This document shows, piece by piece, positions 35,139-43,901 of a stretch of 64,000 nucleotides of DNA (positions are counted from its first letter, which is position 1; each line of letters opens with the position of its first letter). Both the position numbers and the translations under genes were made by a program. The notes below the pieces were generated by a model. The model was not told where the DNA came from, searched no databases, and was given only the letters and a program-made list of their open reading frames with translations. Where the stretch lies: assembly GCA_937975645.1 (NCBI GenBank), contig CALJTV010000036.1, positions 39,622 to 103,621 of the forward strand. Direction: 5' to 3'. Origin of the DNA: an uncultured Dehalococcoidia bacterium. GTDB lineage: Bacteria; Chloroflexota; Dehalococcoidia; GIF9; UBA5629.

Positions 35139-36308
35139 TTATCTGGCAGGCCCTGCAGCCAAGACCGCCTTCCTGGCAGCATCATAGAAGTCCACCGCCT
35201 CGATAAACTCTATCCTAGATTCATTTAATATACGCTTGCCCTCTTCCACATTTGTCCCCGCCAGCCTTATCACTAGCGGCACGCGGACATCCACCTCCCG
35301 CTTCGCCTCTACGATTCCCTGAGCGATGACGTCTGCCCTAGCCATGCCACCGAATATGTTGACCAGCACCGCCCTTACCTCTGGGTCAGCAGCAAAGATT
35401 TTGAAGGCATTGACCACGCGCTCAGTATTGTTTACCGTGCCAATATCCAGGAAATTGGCCGGCTTGCCGCCAGCCTGAGTTACCAGGTCCATCACCGCCA
35501 TCGCCAGTCCAGCCCCGTTCACGATACAGGCAATATTTCCATCGAGCTTGATATAGTTCTTGATGCCCATGTCGCTCGCCCTGACTTCCAGCGGGTCTTC
35601 CTGTTCCACGTCACGGAGCTCCTCAATATCACGGTGGCGGAAAAGGGCATTGTCATCGAAATTCAGTTTGGCATCTAGCGCCAGCAGCCTGCCATCAGCG
35701 GTCACCGCCAGAGGGTTTATTTCAGCCAAGGAGCAGTCCTTAGCCATAAACAACCTGTAAAGGTTAGCCATCAAGTCAGCCGCCGCCTTTATTTGCGGCT
35801 GCTCCAGTCCCATACCGTAGGCGAGCCTCCGCCCCTGGAATGCTTGAAAGCCCACTGCGGGGTCAATGTAAGCCTTCAGTATCTTCTCCGGGGTGGCCCT
35901 AGCGACCTCCTCGATCTCCACCCCACCAGCTTCGCTAGCCATCATCACCGGCATACGGCTGGAGTTGTCCACGATGATGCTCAGGTAAAGCTCCTTCCGC
36001 ACGTCCACAGCCCGCTCCACCAATACCCTGCTCACCGGCACGCCTTCAGCCGTTGTCTGATAGGTCACCAGCCTTTTGCCCAACATCTCGCCAGCCAGTT
36101 TCTCTACCTCCTCAGGGCTATCAGCCACCTTAATGCCGCCGGCTTTCCCCCTACCCCCGGCAAAGACCTGTGCCTTAATCACCGTCCTGCCACCCAACGC
36201 CTTCGCTATCTCCTTTGCCTCACCCGCAGTGGACGCCACCCTGCCTTCAGGTACCGGGATACCAAACTCAGCCAGCAGTGCCTTTGCCTGATACTCGTGG
36301 ACCTTCAT
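35139..36308 (-). CDS. sucC: Succinate--CoA ligase subunit beta
   Basis: MKVHEYQAKALLAEFGIPVP... The start is set at ATG 36308, behind AAGGAGA. Confidence 0.9.
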   Translation of the reverse strand: MKVHEYQAKALLAEFGIPVPEGRVASTAGEAKEIAKALGGRTVIKAQVFAGGRGKAGGIKVADSPEEVEKLAGEMLGKRLVTYQTTAEGVPVSRVLVERAVDVRKELYLSIIVDNSSRMPVMMASEAGGVEIEEVARATPEKILKAYIDPAVGFQAFQGRRLAYGMGLEQPQIKAAADLMANLYRLFMAKDCSLAEINPLAVTADGRLLALDAKLNFDDNALFRHRDIEELRDVEQEDPLEVRASDMGIKNYIKLDGNIACIVNGAGLAMAVMDLVTQAGGKPANFLDIGTVNNTERVVNAFKIFAADPEVRAVLVNIFGGMARADVIAQGIVEAKREVDVRVPLVIRLAGTNVEEGKRILNESRIEFIEAVDFYDAARKAVLAAGPAR

Positions 36309-36368
36309 CTCCGTCTCCTTGGTCAAAACTGTGCCGGGTTAGAAAACAGTCACTCCGCGACAACCAAG

Positions 36369-36453
36369 CGGAGGGGGTGGGATTCGAACCCACGTTCGCT
36401 TGCGCGAAAGCGGTTTTCAAGACCGCCGCCATAGTCCGCTCGGCCACCCCTCC
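36369..36453 (-). tRNA. tRNA-Ser (anticodon UGA), CCA not encoded
   Basis: Reverse complement: GGAGGGGTGGCCGAGCGGACTATGGCGGCGGTCTTGAAAACCGCTTTCGCGCAAGCGAACGTGGGTTCGAATCCCACCCCCTCCG. It has a 7-bp acceptor stem, a long variable arm, a TTCGAAT T-loop and the anticodon loop CT-TGA-AA. Confidence 0.85.
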
Positions 36454-36534
36454 CGAGCTACACTAGTATAGGAAAACCGCCCTACCGCTGCAAGCAAACG
36501 CCTGGGCAACATCCATATCTAAGAGACAGGCTAA

Positions 36535-38118
36535 CTAGAAGGATGAAAGGACGTCCTCTATCTCTTGCTGGTTGGCAAATTCCCCCAGCCTTACCTCTCG
36601 TACGATACCATCGGCATCTATAAAAACTGTCTTGGGAACCTCCGACACCTGATACAGCCCAGCAACTTTCCCTTCACCATCAAAAAGGACAGTGAAGGTG
36701 TACCCGTTGTCCTGCACAAATAGCTTTACCCCATCAAGGCTCTGGTTCTGTTTTACCGCCACCCCCAGCACCACCACACCTTTCTGTCGCCATGCCTCGT
36801 GCACCCCCTGGATGTAGGGCATCTCCTTCTTGCACGGAGAACACCAGGTCGCCCAGAAGTTGAGCAACACCTTATTCCCCTGAAGCTCACTTAAGGTGAC
36901 GCTTTTGCCGTCCAGAGACTTGAGGGTGAAATCAGGAGCACGGTTGCCCGGATTTGTGCCTATGGGGATAGCAGCTTTAGTCTTAAAAGGTTCGCCGGCA
37001 ACCTCAACCTTTTCCCCGCTCGCTGCCTTGGATACCGTCCTGAAATAGTAGGTGGTATCAGCCTCCAGCCCGCTGAGGCGCACCGAATGCTCTGTGACCA
37101 GGTTTTTGGACTCCTCCGTCGCCAGTCCGCAGGCTTCCGTCTTCCCGTATCTCACCTGACTGGTCGCCGGTCTGTCTGTCTTCCAGGTGATCACGGCGGT
37201 CTTATCAGTGAAGCTGGACACGGCCACATCGGAAATTACCGGTGGTGGCACCGCGGGGGGCGGCTGTGCCGCTGGCTTTGATTGTGGCGAGGACGAAGGT
37301 TCAGAAACCACCGGCATTTCACTGCCCTGCTGAGAAAAGAGGTAGTACAAGCCTGCACCAGCAAAAACGAGGACAAACAGCACAAAAAACACAAATACCA
37401 TCTTAAGTAGCGTTTGCCTTAGGTCGTGCGGTGCACCAGCTTCCCTAGCTGGTTCTCGATAACGGTGCGCCCCAGGCACTGCAGGTGTACCGAATTGATG
37501 CAGGTCACTCACATGACCCACTCCCGCCATCGCTGGAGCCACCGTTGCCTGCCGAACAAGCTTTGAGGGGTGCACTGGTGGCGGTAAATTGGAACCGGAG
37601 CGTGTCACTCCCCCCTTTTCAGCTGACAGCGCAGATGATGACGGTGTACCCGCCCCATATTGCCCGGGCATATATTGCTGCGAAGGCACGGGGCACGGCG
37701 GTACCGGCGCGGGTCCTGCCCCCGCCTGCACCACTCGGTGTCTGGCTCCAAAAAGCAGCCCACAACCGGTACACCGACCGGAATCGAGGTCTATGGCTGA
37801 GCCACACTGCGGACATACCGTGCGAGCACCACCCACCCCAACCACAGTTGCCCTGGGTGATTCCTGGGAGGGTCGCGGAGAAAAGGCTTGAGTGTCAGAG
37901 AACGTCTGCTTAGGTATGGTTGATGAGGCAGCAGGGGGTGCCGTTTCCTTGGCTGGCTCGCTGAGGCAGAGAAAGCCGCATCTAGGGCAGTACCTCGACC
38001 GATGTGGCAGCAACTCTTGACAGTTGGGACATATCACTGCGCCACAGTTGCGGCAAAACCGCTCACCAGGTGGCATACTGGTATGACATCTGGGACACAG
38101 GGCTATCCTCGGCTTCAC
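36535..38118 (-). CDS. Zinc-ribbon / TM / Fn3-like / TlpA-type thioredoxin membrane protein
   Basis: The N-terminal ribbons are CPRC...CRNC, CPNC...CPRC and CPQC...CTGC. The TM segment is MVFVFFVLFVLVFAGAGLYYLF. An Fn3-like 'TTYYFRTV' region follows, then the redoxin motif 'FWATWCSPC'. Confidence 0.7.
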   Translation of the reverse strand: MKPRIALCPRCHTSMPPGERFCRNCGAVICPNCQELLPHRSRYCPRCGFLCLSEPAKETAPPAASSTIPKQTFSDTQAFSPRPSQESPRATVVGVGGARTVCPQCGSAIDLDSGRCTGCGLLFGARHRVVQAGAGPAPVPPCPVPSQQYMPGQYGAGTPSSSALSAEKGGVTRSGSNLPPPVHPSKLVRQATVAPAMAGVGHVSDLHQFGTPAVPGAHRYREPAREAGAPHDLRQTLLKMVFVFFVLFVLVFAGAGLYYLFSQQGSEMPVVSEPSSSPQSKPAAQPPPAVPPPVISDVAVSSFTDKTAVITWKTDRPATSQVRYGKTEACGLATEESKNLVTEHSVRLSGLEADTTYYFRTVSKAASGEKVEVAGEPFKTKAAIPIGTNPGNRAPDFTLKSLDGKSVTLSELQGNKVLLNFWATWCSPCKKEMPYIQGVHEAWRQKGVVVLGVAVKQNQSLDGVKLFVQDNGYTFTVLFDGEGKVAGLYQVSEVPKTVFIDADGIVREVRLGEFANQQEIEDVLSSF

Positions 38119-38170
38119 CGACTAACCTCCGCCCCGAGATTTCGCCCTTCCACCATCCTAAACCAGCAAC

Positions 38171-38192
38171 GGTGCATCATGCACCCATTATA
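38171..38192 (-). promoter_or_regulatory. TATAAT box followed by a perfect 15-bp palindrome GGTGCAT-N-ATGCACC upstream of 36535-38118
   Basis: On the minus strand, TATAAT lies at 38192-38187 and the palindrome at 38185-38171. No convincing -35 box was found. Confidence 0.3.
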
Positions 38193-38233
38193 CACACAAC
38201 TGCAGACAAAAGTGGAATTTTCACGGCACTAGC

Positions 38234-39949
38234 CTAGTCCTCGGAAGGATTTGACAGGCCCCTCACCAGCTCGCCTATTTCCTCCACGCTCTTAAGCTGC
38301 TCCGTCTTCACCGCCCGGATGATGCCGTCTGGGTCAATGAACACAGATTTGGGTACGTAGGTGATACGGTAGAGGTCAGTAAGTGTGCGCTTTTCGGCGT
38401 CGTCCACAAGTATAGGAAAGGTGAACAGCCCTATTTGGTACTTGTATTTTTCCTCGAGTTTCACAATCCTGTCTGTCCTACCATCAATGCAGACCGTGAT
38501 TACCACCCAGTCCGCATCTTTAGAGTTCCGGTCAGCCCACCTATCGGCCTCATAGAATGCCCGTATATGCGGGAACTCGCCCAGGCAGGCGGCACAGAAG
38601 GTATTCCATAGGTTAAGGAACACCCATTTCCCTCTGAACTGGCTCAAACTTACCCGCTCGCCGATGTAATATGGCGAACCAGGATTGTTCGGGGAGTCAG
38701 GATAGGAGTCCTTAAATGAAGGCAAAGTAAAGTCGGGCGCACGTTCACCCACCGAATAACCTACAGTCACAAAGCTCACGGTGGTGAAACTCCCCCCTTG
38801 AGCAGGCGCTTCGTTCCCGCATTCATCCCGTGAAGTTACCCTGAAGTAGTATGTCTTGCCCGGGCTCAGCCCGGTAAGGTTAACGGCATGGTCAGTAGCC
38901 AGCCGCCCCTCCTCGACAACCATCCCGTAGTCGGTGGTAGGACCATACTGGACTTTTCCTATAGCCGGCTCGTCCGTCCGCCAAACCACAGTGGCACCGA
39001 CATCTGAATAACGGGCGACCTTTACGCCCGTCATTGCCGGTGGCACCGTGTCCCTCAGTTTGAAATGCGCAGTGATGATCTTCTTGGGCTCAAAGTCGAT
39101 GCTCACCTCCGGAGAAGGGTCTTCTATCCCCTCCCATCGGTCGAAAGCATAGCAGCCTGCCGGCACAGCAGTAAGCACCAGAGGCGTCCCGGGCTCGAAA
39201 GCATTCCCTTCCGGTGACCAGACGATCTTGCCCCCATCGGGCGGCATCACACCGGGACTAAAGGCATAGGTTCTGCCACCACCCCCAGCGGGCTGCATCG
39301 GCACTGGCTGTCTACTTTCACTCCCACCACTGGCCCTGTCGGCAATATACCTGCCTCCGATATAGGAGCCCCAGACAATCGAGACAAGCACACCCAGCGC
39401 CAGCAAGCCCGCGACAATAGGTCGAAACAGTCGCCGGAAACTACCAAAATCCCTGCCACGCCGTCCGCCCCTTCCCCCAACCTCCAATAGAATTGGGCTG
39501 CGTGGCACTGACATAGCTTGCCGCTCGAACCGCACTGCCGCCTGTAGGTCCTGCACGGGCACAGCTTCACGTTCTGCAGCAGGAGGTGGTACCACTCTTG
39601 GTTGTGCCCTTTCCACACCACGCACCGGTGGAAAAAGATAGTTACAATTAGGACAACGCCTTGCCCCCAGCTCAGTGTCAAAACCACAAACTGGACAGAT
39701 ACGACCCGACTTGGCAGCACGGTATCCAGCGGACTGTTTACCATCCAAAGACGGAGCACCTGACTGCTGCCTCTTTTGCCATAGGTAATAGTTAGGGTCC
39801 TCCCACCCGCAGCGGACACAGATTTTGGCTTCAACTACATGGGCGTTCGGACAGAGCCTTGACCTGCACTTAGGACATACCCGTTCCCCGATGTCGTCCT
39901 CATCAACCACCACCAGACACCTGGGACACAACACTTTTCCTGCCATCAC
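38234..39949 (-). CDS. Zinc-ribbon / TM / bacterial-repeat + Fn3-like / thioredoxin-like membrane protein (paralogous architecture)
   Basis: The ribbons are CPRC...CPKC, C..C and CPVC...CPNC. The TM segment is IVAGLLALGVLVSIVWGSYIG. 'GKTYYFRVTS' and the CxxC motif 'FCAAC' follow. Confidence 0.7.
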   Translation of the reverse strand: MMAGKVLCPRCLVVVDEDDIGERVCPKCRSRLCPNAHVVEAKICVRCGWEDPNYYLWQKRQQSGAPSLDGKQSAGYRAAKSGRICPVCGFDTELGARRCPNCNYLFPPVRGVERAQPRVVPPPAAEREAVPVQDLQAAVRFERQAMSVPRSPILLEVGGRGGRRGRDFGSFRRLFRPIVAGLLALGVLVSIVWGSYIGGRYIADRASGGSESRQPVPMQPAGGGGRTYAFSPGVMPPDGGKIVWSPEGNAFEPGTPLVLTAVPAGCYAFDRWEGIEDPSPEVSIDFEPKKIITAHFKLRDTVPPAMTGVKVARYSDVGATVVWRTDEPAIGKVQYGPTTDYGMVVEEGRLATDHAVNLTGLSPGKTYYFRVTSRDECGNEAPAQGGSFTTVSFVTVGYSVGERAPDFTLPSFKDSYPDSPNNPGSPYYIGERVSLSQFRGKWVFLNLWNTFCAACLGEFPHIRAFYEADRWADRNSKDADWVVITVCIDGRTDRIVKLEEKYKYQIGLFTFPILVDDAEKRTLTDLYRITYVPKSVFIDPDGIIRAVKTEQLKSVEEIGELVRGLSNPSED

Positions 39950-40016
39950 ACTCCACTGAACGGGGACAATACTGGCAATTTCTCTGCTCTCGTCTTCGCC
40001 AGGAGTCTACTCCTAC

Positions 40017-40370
40017 TCATCTGGCTGCTTGTTCACCTTGGACAGACACGCTCTGCATGGGACCGACATAGCCACAGCTACGGCTGTCGGGACAGCGTCC
40101 AAATGCCCTACCTGTCCTGGCACCGCAGCGCGGACATTGGTACCGGAGTGGACCGTTGCTGGCATCGGAAAGCTCGCCTTGCCGCTTCTTCGGCGCCTCA
40201 AACGGTGGCTCGGTGAGCACCAGTTTTCCCGCTGCGGTCATAGCCGTAAGCCGCAAGACACGGTGCTCCAGGCGTCCGATAAAGCCACATTCAGGGCAAT
40301 AGCCCAAGTCACTTTTCAGCCCAGCATGACAACGGGGGCAAGCATATTCATACCTACTCTCTTCAGTCAT
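40017..40370 (-). CDS. Double zinc-ribbon protein (no TM segment)
   Basis: CPRCH...CPECG and CPRCG...CPDSRSCG in 117 aa. Confidence 0.55.
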   Translation of the reverse strand: MTEESRYEYACPRCHAGLKSDLGYCPECGFIGRLEHRVLRLTAMTAAGKLVLTEPPFEAPKKRQGELSDASNGPLRYQCPRCGARTGRAFGRCPDSRSCGYVGPMQSVSVQGEQAAR

Positions 40371-40443
40371 AACGCCTACGTTGCGGTTCTGCCTGAGAGC
40401 AATGTAACATAACCGGACATTGATTTCAACCGCACCCTCAATA

Positions 40444-41709
40444 TCATTGGCGGGTTATGACGTCCACACCAATATATGGTCTTAATGCTTCGGGCACTCT
40501 TATGCTCCCGTCAGCCTGCTGATAATTCTCCAGTAAAGCTATAACCACCCGCGGCAGTGCCAGCCCTGAGCCATTCAGCGTATGAACAAAACGGGGCTTG
40601 GCTTTAGGCTCGGGACGGTAGCGTATGTTAGCCCGCCGTGCTTGAAAGTCACCGCAATTACTACAGGAGCTGACCTCAAGCCATTCAGCGCAGCCCGGTG
40701 CCCACATCTCTATGTCGTAGGCTTTCCGCGCGGCAAACCCCAGCTCCGCAGTACATAACTGGACTACTCGATAAGGCATACCCAGCCGCTGGCAGACGTC
40801 CTCGGCATCCCCGACCAGCTTTTCCAACTCCTCGTCAGACTTTTCCGGCTCGGTGAATTTGTACAACTCCACTTTATCGAACTGATGTCCACGCTTGATG
40901 CCACGGGTGTCCTTGCCTGCCGCCATCTTCTCCCGCCGAAAGCAAGCAGTATAGGAGACATAATAGATGGGTAGCACACCCGGAGACAGTATCTCGTCCC
41001 GGTGAAGGTTGGTCAACGGCACCTCCGCCGTGGGCACAAACCAGAAATCGTCTTCGTCATCGTGGTACAGGTTATCGGCGAACTTTGGTAGGTTACCAGA
41101 GCCCACCATGCATTCACGCTTCACCATAAAAGGTGGATATATCTCTGTATAGCCGTGCTCCTTGGTGTGGATGTCAAGCATGAACGCTATCAGTCCTCTC
41201 TGCAGCCGGGCACCCATCCCCCTCAGGATGTAGAAACGGCTCCCTGATAACTTCACACCTCGCTGAAAGTCCAATATGTTCAGCCTCTCTCCCAGCTCCC
41301 AGTGCGGCAGTGGGGTGAAGGGGAAATTAGGTGGACTACCCCACGAGCGCACCACTATATTGTCTTCGGCCCCCTTGCCCACCGGCACATCGTCCGCTGG
41401 GATATTGGGCAACCGTAACAGATAGTCCTCCAGTTGTGCCTCCATCTCAGCTACCTGCCTCTCCAGAGAATCAATCCTTTCACCGAGTTGACGGAGGCTG
41501 GCAATGAGTCCCGCTGGCTTTTCTACCGTCTTCCCCAGCCTCTTGCTGGCCTCGTTCCGCTGCGCACGCAATGTCTCCACCTCATGGAGTAGCTTGCGGT
41601 GCTCCATGTCCAGCTCTATAACCCTCTCCACCGGGAAGTCTTCACCACGCTTGGCTAAGGCATCCCTTACAATCTCGGGGTTCTCACGGAGCAATCTGAT
41701 GTCCAGCAT
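40444..41709 (-). CDS. serS: Serine--tRNA ligase
   Basis: MLDIRLLRENPE... The start is set at ATG 41709. Confidence 0.9.
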   Translation of the reverse strand: MLDIRLLRENPEIVRDALAKRGEDFPVERVIELDMEHRKLLHEVETLRAQRNEASKRLGKTVEKPAGLIASLRQLGERIDSLERQVAEMEAQLEDYLLRLPNIPADDVPVGKGAEDNIVVRSWGSPPNFPFTPLPHWELGERLNILDFQRGVKLSGSRFYILRGMGARLQRGLIAFMLDIHTKEHGYTEIYPPFMVKRECMVGSGNLPKFADNLYHDDEDDFWFVPTAEVPLTNLHRDEILSPGVLPIYYVSYTACFRREKMAAGKDTRGIKRGHQFDKVELYKFTEPEKSDEELEKLVGDAEDVCQRLGMPYRVVQLCTAELGFAARKAYDIEMWAPGCAEWLEVSSCSNCGDFQARRANIRYRPEPKAKPRFVHTLNGSGLALPRVVIALLENYQQADGSIRVPEALRPYIGVDVITRQ

Positions 41710-41710
41710 C

Positions 41711-43207
41711 TCAATCACCCTTCGTTTTCAGTTGCGGGAACAGAATAACCTCGCGGATCGACTGTTTTCCGCAGAGCACCATGACCAGACGGTCTATCCC
41801 CACCCCCAGTCCCCCGGTCGGCGGCATGCCATACTCCAACGCTAGTAAGAAGTCCTCATCGATAACCTCCGCTTCTGTATCTTCTACCGACCTTGCCGCG
41901 GAGGTCTGTGTCTCCTGCTGCTTCCGGAACCGTTCCCGTTGCTCCAAAGGGTCATTGAGCTCAGTGAAGGCATTGGCTACCTCCATGCCACCGATGAAAA
42001 GCTCGAACCTTTCCACCATACCAGGGTTATCCCGCTTCCTCTTAGCCAGCGGTGACATCTCCACAGGATAGTCCACCAAGAAGGTCGGCTGAATGAGATG
42101 GGGCTCAACGAAGGTGGAAATAAGCTCGTCTACCAGCCTGCCTCTGTCCTTGGTCGGATCCACTTCCATCCCCATTTCCTCCATTTTGTGGCGCAGTGAA
42201 TCAACATCGGGATAGTCCTCGAAGTCGATGCCACTTCTCTCCTTCACCGCCTCGCGCAGCGTCACCCGCCGCCAGGGTGGCGAAAGGTCAATAGTGTCGT
42301 TACCAAATTTCACCCTGGTACTCCCGATGGTCTCTCTGGCAACATAACACACCATGCCCTCGACCAGCCCCATCATATCACTGTAGTCAGCATAAGCCTC
42401 ATAAACTTCCAGCATGGTGAATTCTGGGTTGTGTTTGGTGGAGATACCTTCGTTACGGAACACCCGCCCGATTTCAAACACTTTGTCAAACCCCCCCACC
42501 ACCAGCCTTTTTAAATGCAGTTCCAGCGCAATGCGCAGGTAAAGGTCTTCGTCTAGTGCCTCGTGGTGGGTCTTGAAACGACGGGCTAAAGCACCGCCAG
42601 CTACCGACTGCAATACCGGTGTTTCCACCTCAATAAACCCCCTCTGAACAAGAAACTCCCGTACAGCAGATACTATCCGGCTTCTTGCCACAAAGAGTGG
42701 CTTTGTCTCCTCATTAGCAATAAGGTCGAGGTACCTCCGCCGGTACCGCTTCTCCACATCCACCAGACCATGCCACTTCTCCGGCAATGGCTTAAGCGAC
42801 TTGCATAAGACAGTGAAATCAGCCACATCCAGGGTGACCTCTCCTGTCTTTGTGCGAAAAAGGCTACCCGCAACCCCTATAATGTCACCGATATCTAGGT
42901 CACGGAGCAATTCGTACTTGCCGTCACCAAGCCGCTCCCTACTGAAAAACAACTGCACTTTTCCTGAGCCATCGCGCAAATCAAAAAAGGCGATCTTACC
43001 CATAAAGCGAATGGACGTGATCCGCCCAGCAAGCCTTAGCTCCTGCGGGGTAGGCACTTCCCCGGCTTCCATCCTCTGAAATAACTTCAGGGCTTCCTCG
43101 CAGGTGTGTGTACGGTGGTAGGAATGCGGATAAGGTTCAATTCCCCGCCCCCTGAGCCTCTCTAGCTTCTCCAGCCGCTGCCGTGTTATCTGCTCGAGTC
43201 GTGCCAT
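41711..43207 (-). CDS. lysS: Lysine--tRNA ligase (class II)
   Basis: 498 aa, conserved throughout. Confidence 0.9.
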   Translation of the reverse strand: MARLEQITRQRLEKLERLRGRGIEPYPHSYHRTHTCEEALKLFQRMEAGEVPTPQELRLAGRITSIRFMGKIAFFDLRDGSGKVQLFFSRERLGDGKYELLRDLDIGDIIGVAGSLFRTKTGEVTLDVADFTVLCKSLKPLPEKWHGLVDVEKRYRRRYLDLIANEETKPLFVARSRIVSAVREFLVQRGFIEVETPVLQSVAGGALARRFKTHHEALDEDLYLRIALELHLKRLVVGGFDKVFEIGRVFRNEGISTKHNPEFTMLEVYEAYADYSDMMGLVEGMVCYVARETIGSTRVKFGNDTIDLSPPWRRVTLREAVKERSGIDFEDYPDVDSLRHKMEEMGMEVDPTKDRGRLVDELISTFVEPHLIQPTFLVDYPVEMSPLAKRKRDNPGMVERFELFIGGMEVANAFTELNDPLEQRERFRKQQETQTSAARSVEDTEAEVIDEDFLLALEYGMPPTGGLGVGIDRLVMVLCGKQSIREVILFPQLKTKGD

Positions 43208-43254
43208 AAACCGCCTATAAAGAAAACATCACTCCCGCTTCCAGCGACAGCCAC

Positions 43255-43722
43255 TTAGCTTACATCCATAATTAGCAGCTTCAACACCCCACCCGGTGTC
43301 TGCACATCAACCTGGTCGCCAATCTTTTTGCCCAGCAACGCCTTCCCCACCGGTGACTCATTCGAAATCTTTCCTTCAAGGGGATTAGCCTCAGTGCTAC
43401 CCACTATAGTATACTGCTCTATCTTGCCATCCTGGTTCTGCACCAGCACTTTATCTCCCAACTCCACCACACCAGGCACTGCCGGTGACTCTATGACCAT
43501 TGCATTCTTGATGATATTCTCCAGCATCAGAATCCTGCCCTCAACAAAAGACTGCTCGTTTTTGGCATCTTCATATTCAGCATTGTTCTCGGTACCCCCT
43601 ATTTCCCTCGCCCGCTTAATTTTCTGGGCAACCTCCACCCTACGGACCGTCAACAAGTGCTGCAGCTCCCTCTCCAATTTAGCCAAGCCTTCTTTTGTGA
43701 TGAGGAACTTCTTCTGCGCCAT
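43255..43722 (-). CDS. greA: Transcription elongation factor GreA
   Basis: MAQKKFLITKEGLAKLERELQHL... The start is set at ATG 43722. Confidence 0.85.
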   Translation of the reverse strand: MAQKKFLITKEGLAKLERELQHLLTVRRVEVAQKIKRAREIGGTENNAEYEDAKNEQSFVEGRILMLENIIKNAMVIESPAVPGVVELGDKVLVQNQDGKIEQYTIVGSTEANPLEGKISNESPVGKALLGKKIGDQVDVQTPGGVLKLLIMDVS

Positions 43723-43746
43723 AATAACCAACCCCCCAGAAGCTAG

Positions 43747-43780
43747 TAAAAAAACTGAGAGCTTCACAGATACTCTCAGT
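43747..43780 (-). terminator. Intrinsic-terminator-like hairpin plus T-run inside the greA leader
   Basis: On the minus strand: ACTGAGAG-tatctgtgaag-CTCTCAGT followed by TTTTTTT. It lies between the predicted greA promoter and the greA ATG. Confidence 0.55.
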
Positions 43781-43802
43781 TACTTCAGACAGCTGTGGAC
43801 AT

Positions 43803-43831
43803 ATTATAGGCGCATACAGCCCGGTTGTAAA
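43803..43831 (-). promoter_or_regulatory. Putative greA promoter TTTACA-17-TATAAT
   Basis: On the minus strand, TTTACA lies at 43831-43826 and TATAAT at 43808-43803. Confidence 0.55.
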
Positions 43832-43901
43832 GTCACCGGGGAGGAATTATAATAATGTGCGCGTAGCTGGCTAACCACCGACGCCCACAAAGGATAAAAG
43901 C

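Noticed and set aside
36369-40443. A genomic island integrated at tRNA-Ser, comprising the zinc-ribbon/thioredoxin genes next to the tRNA.
   Set aside because: I could see no integrase, no recombinase and no direct repeat of the tRNA 3' end. Codon and GC character look like the surrounding genes.
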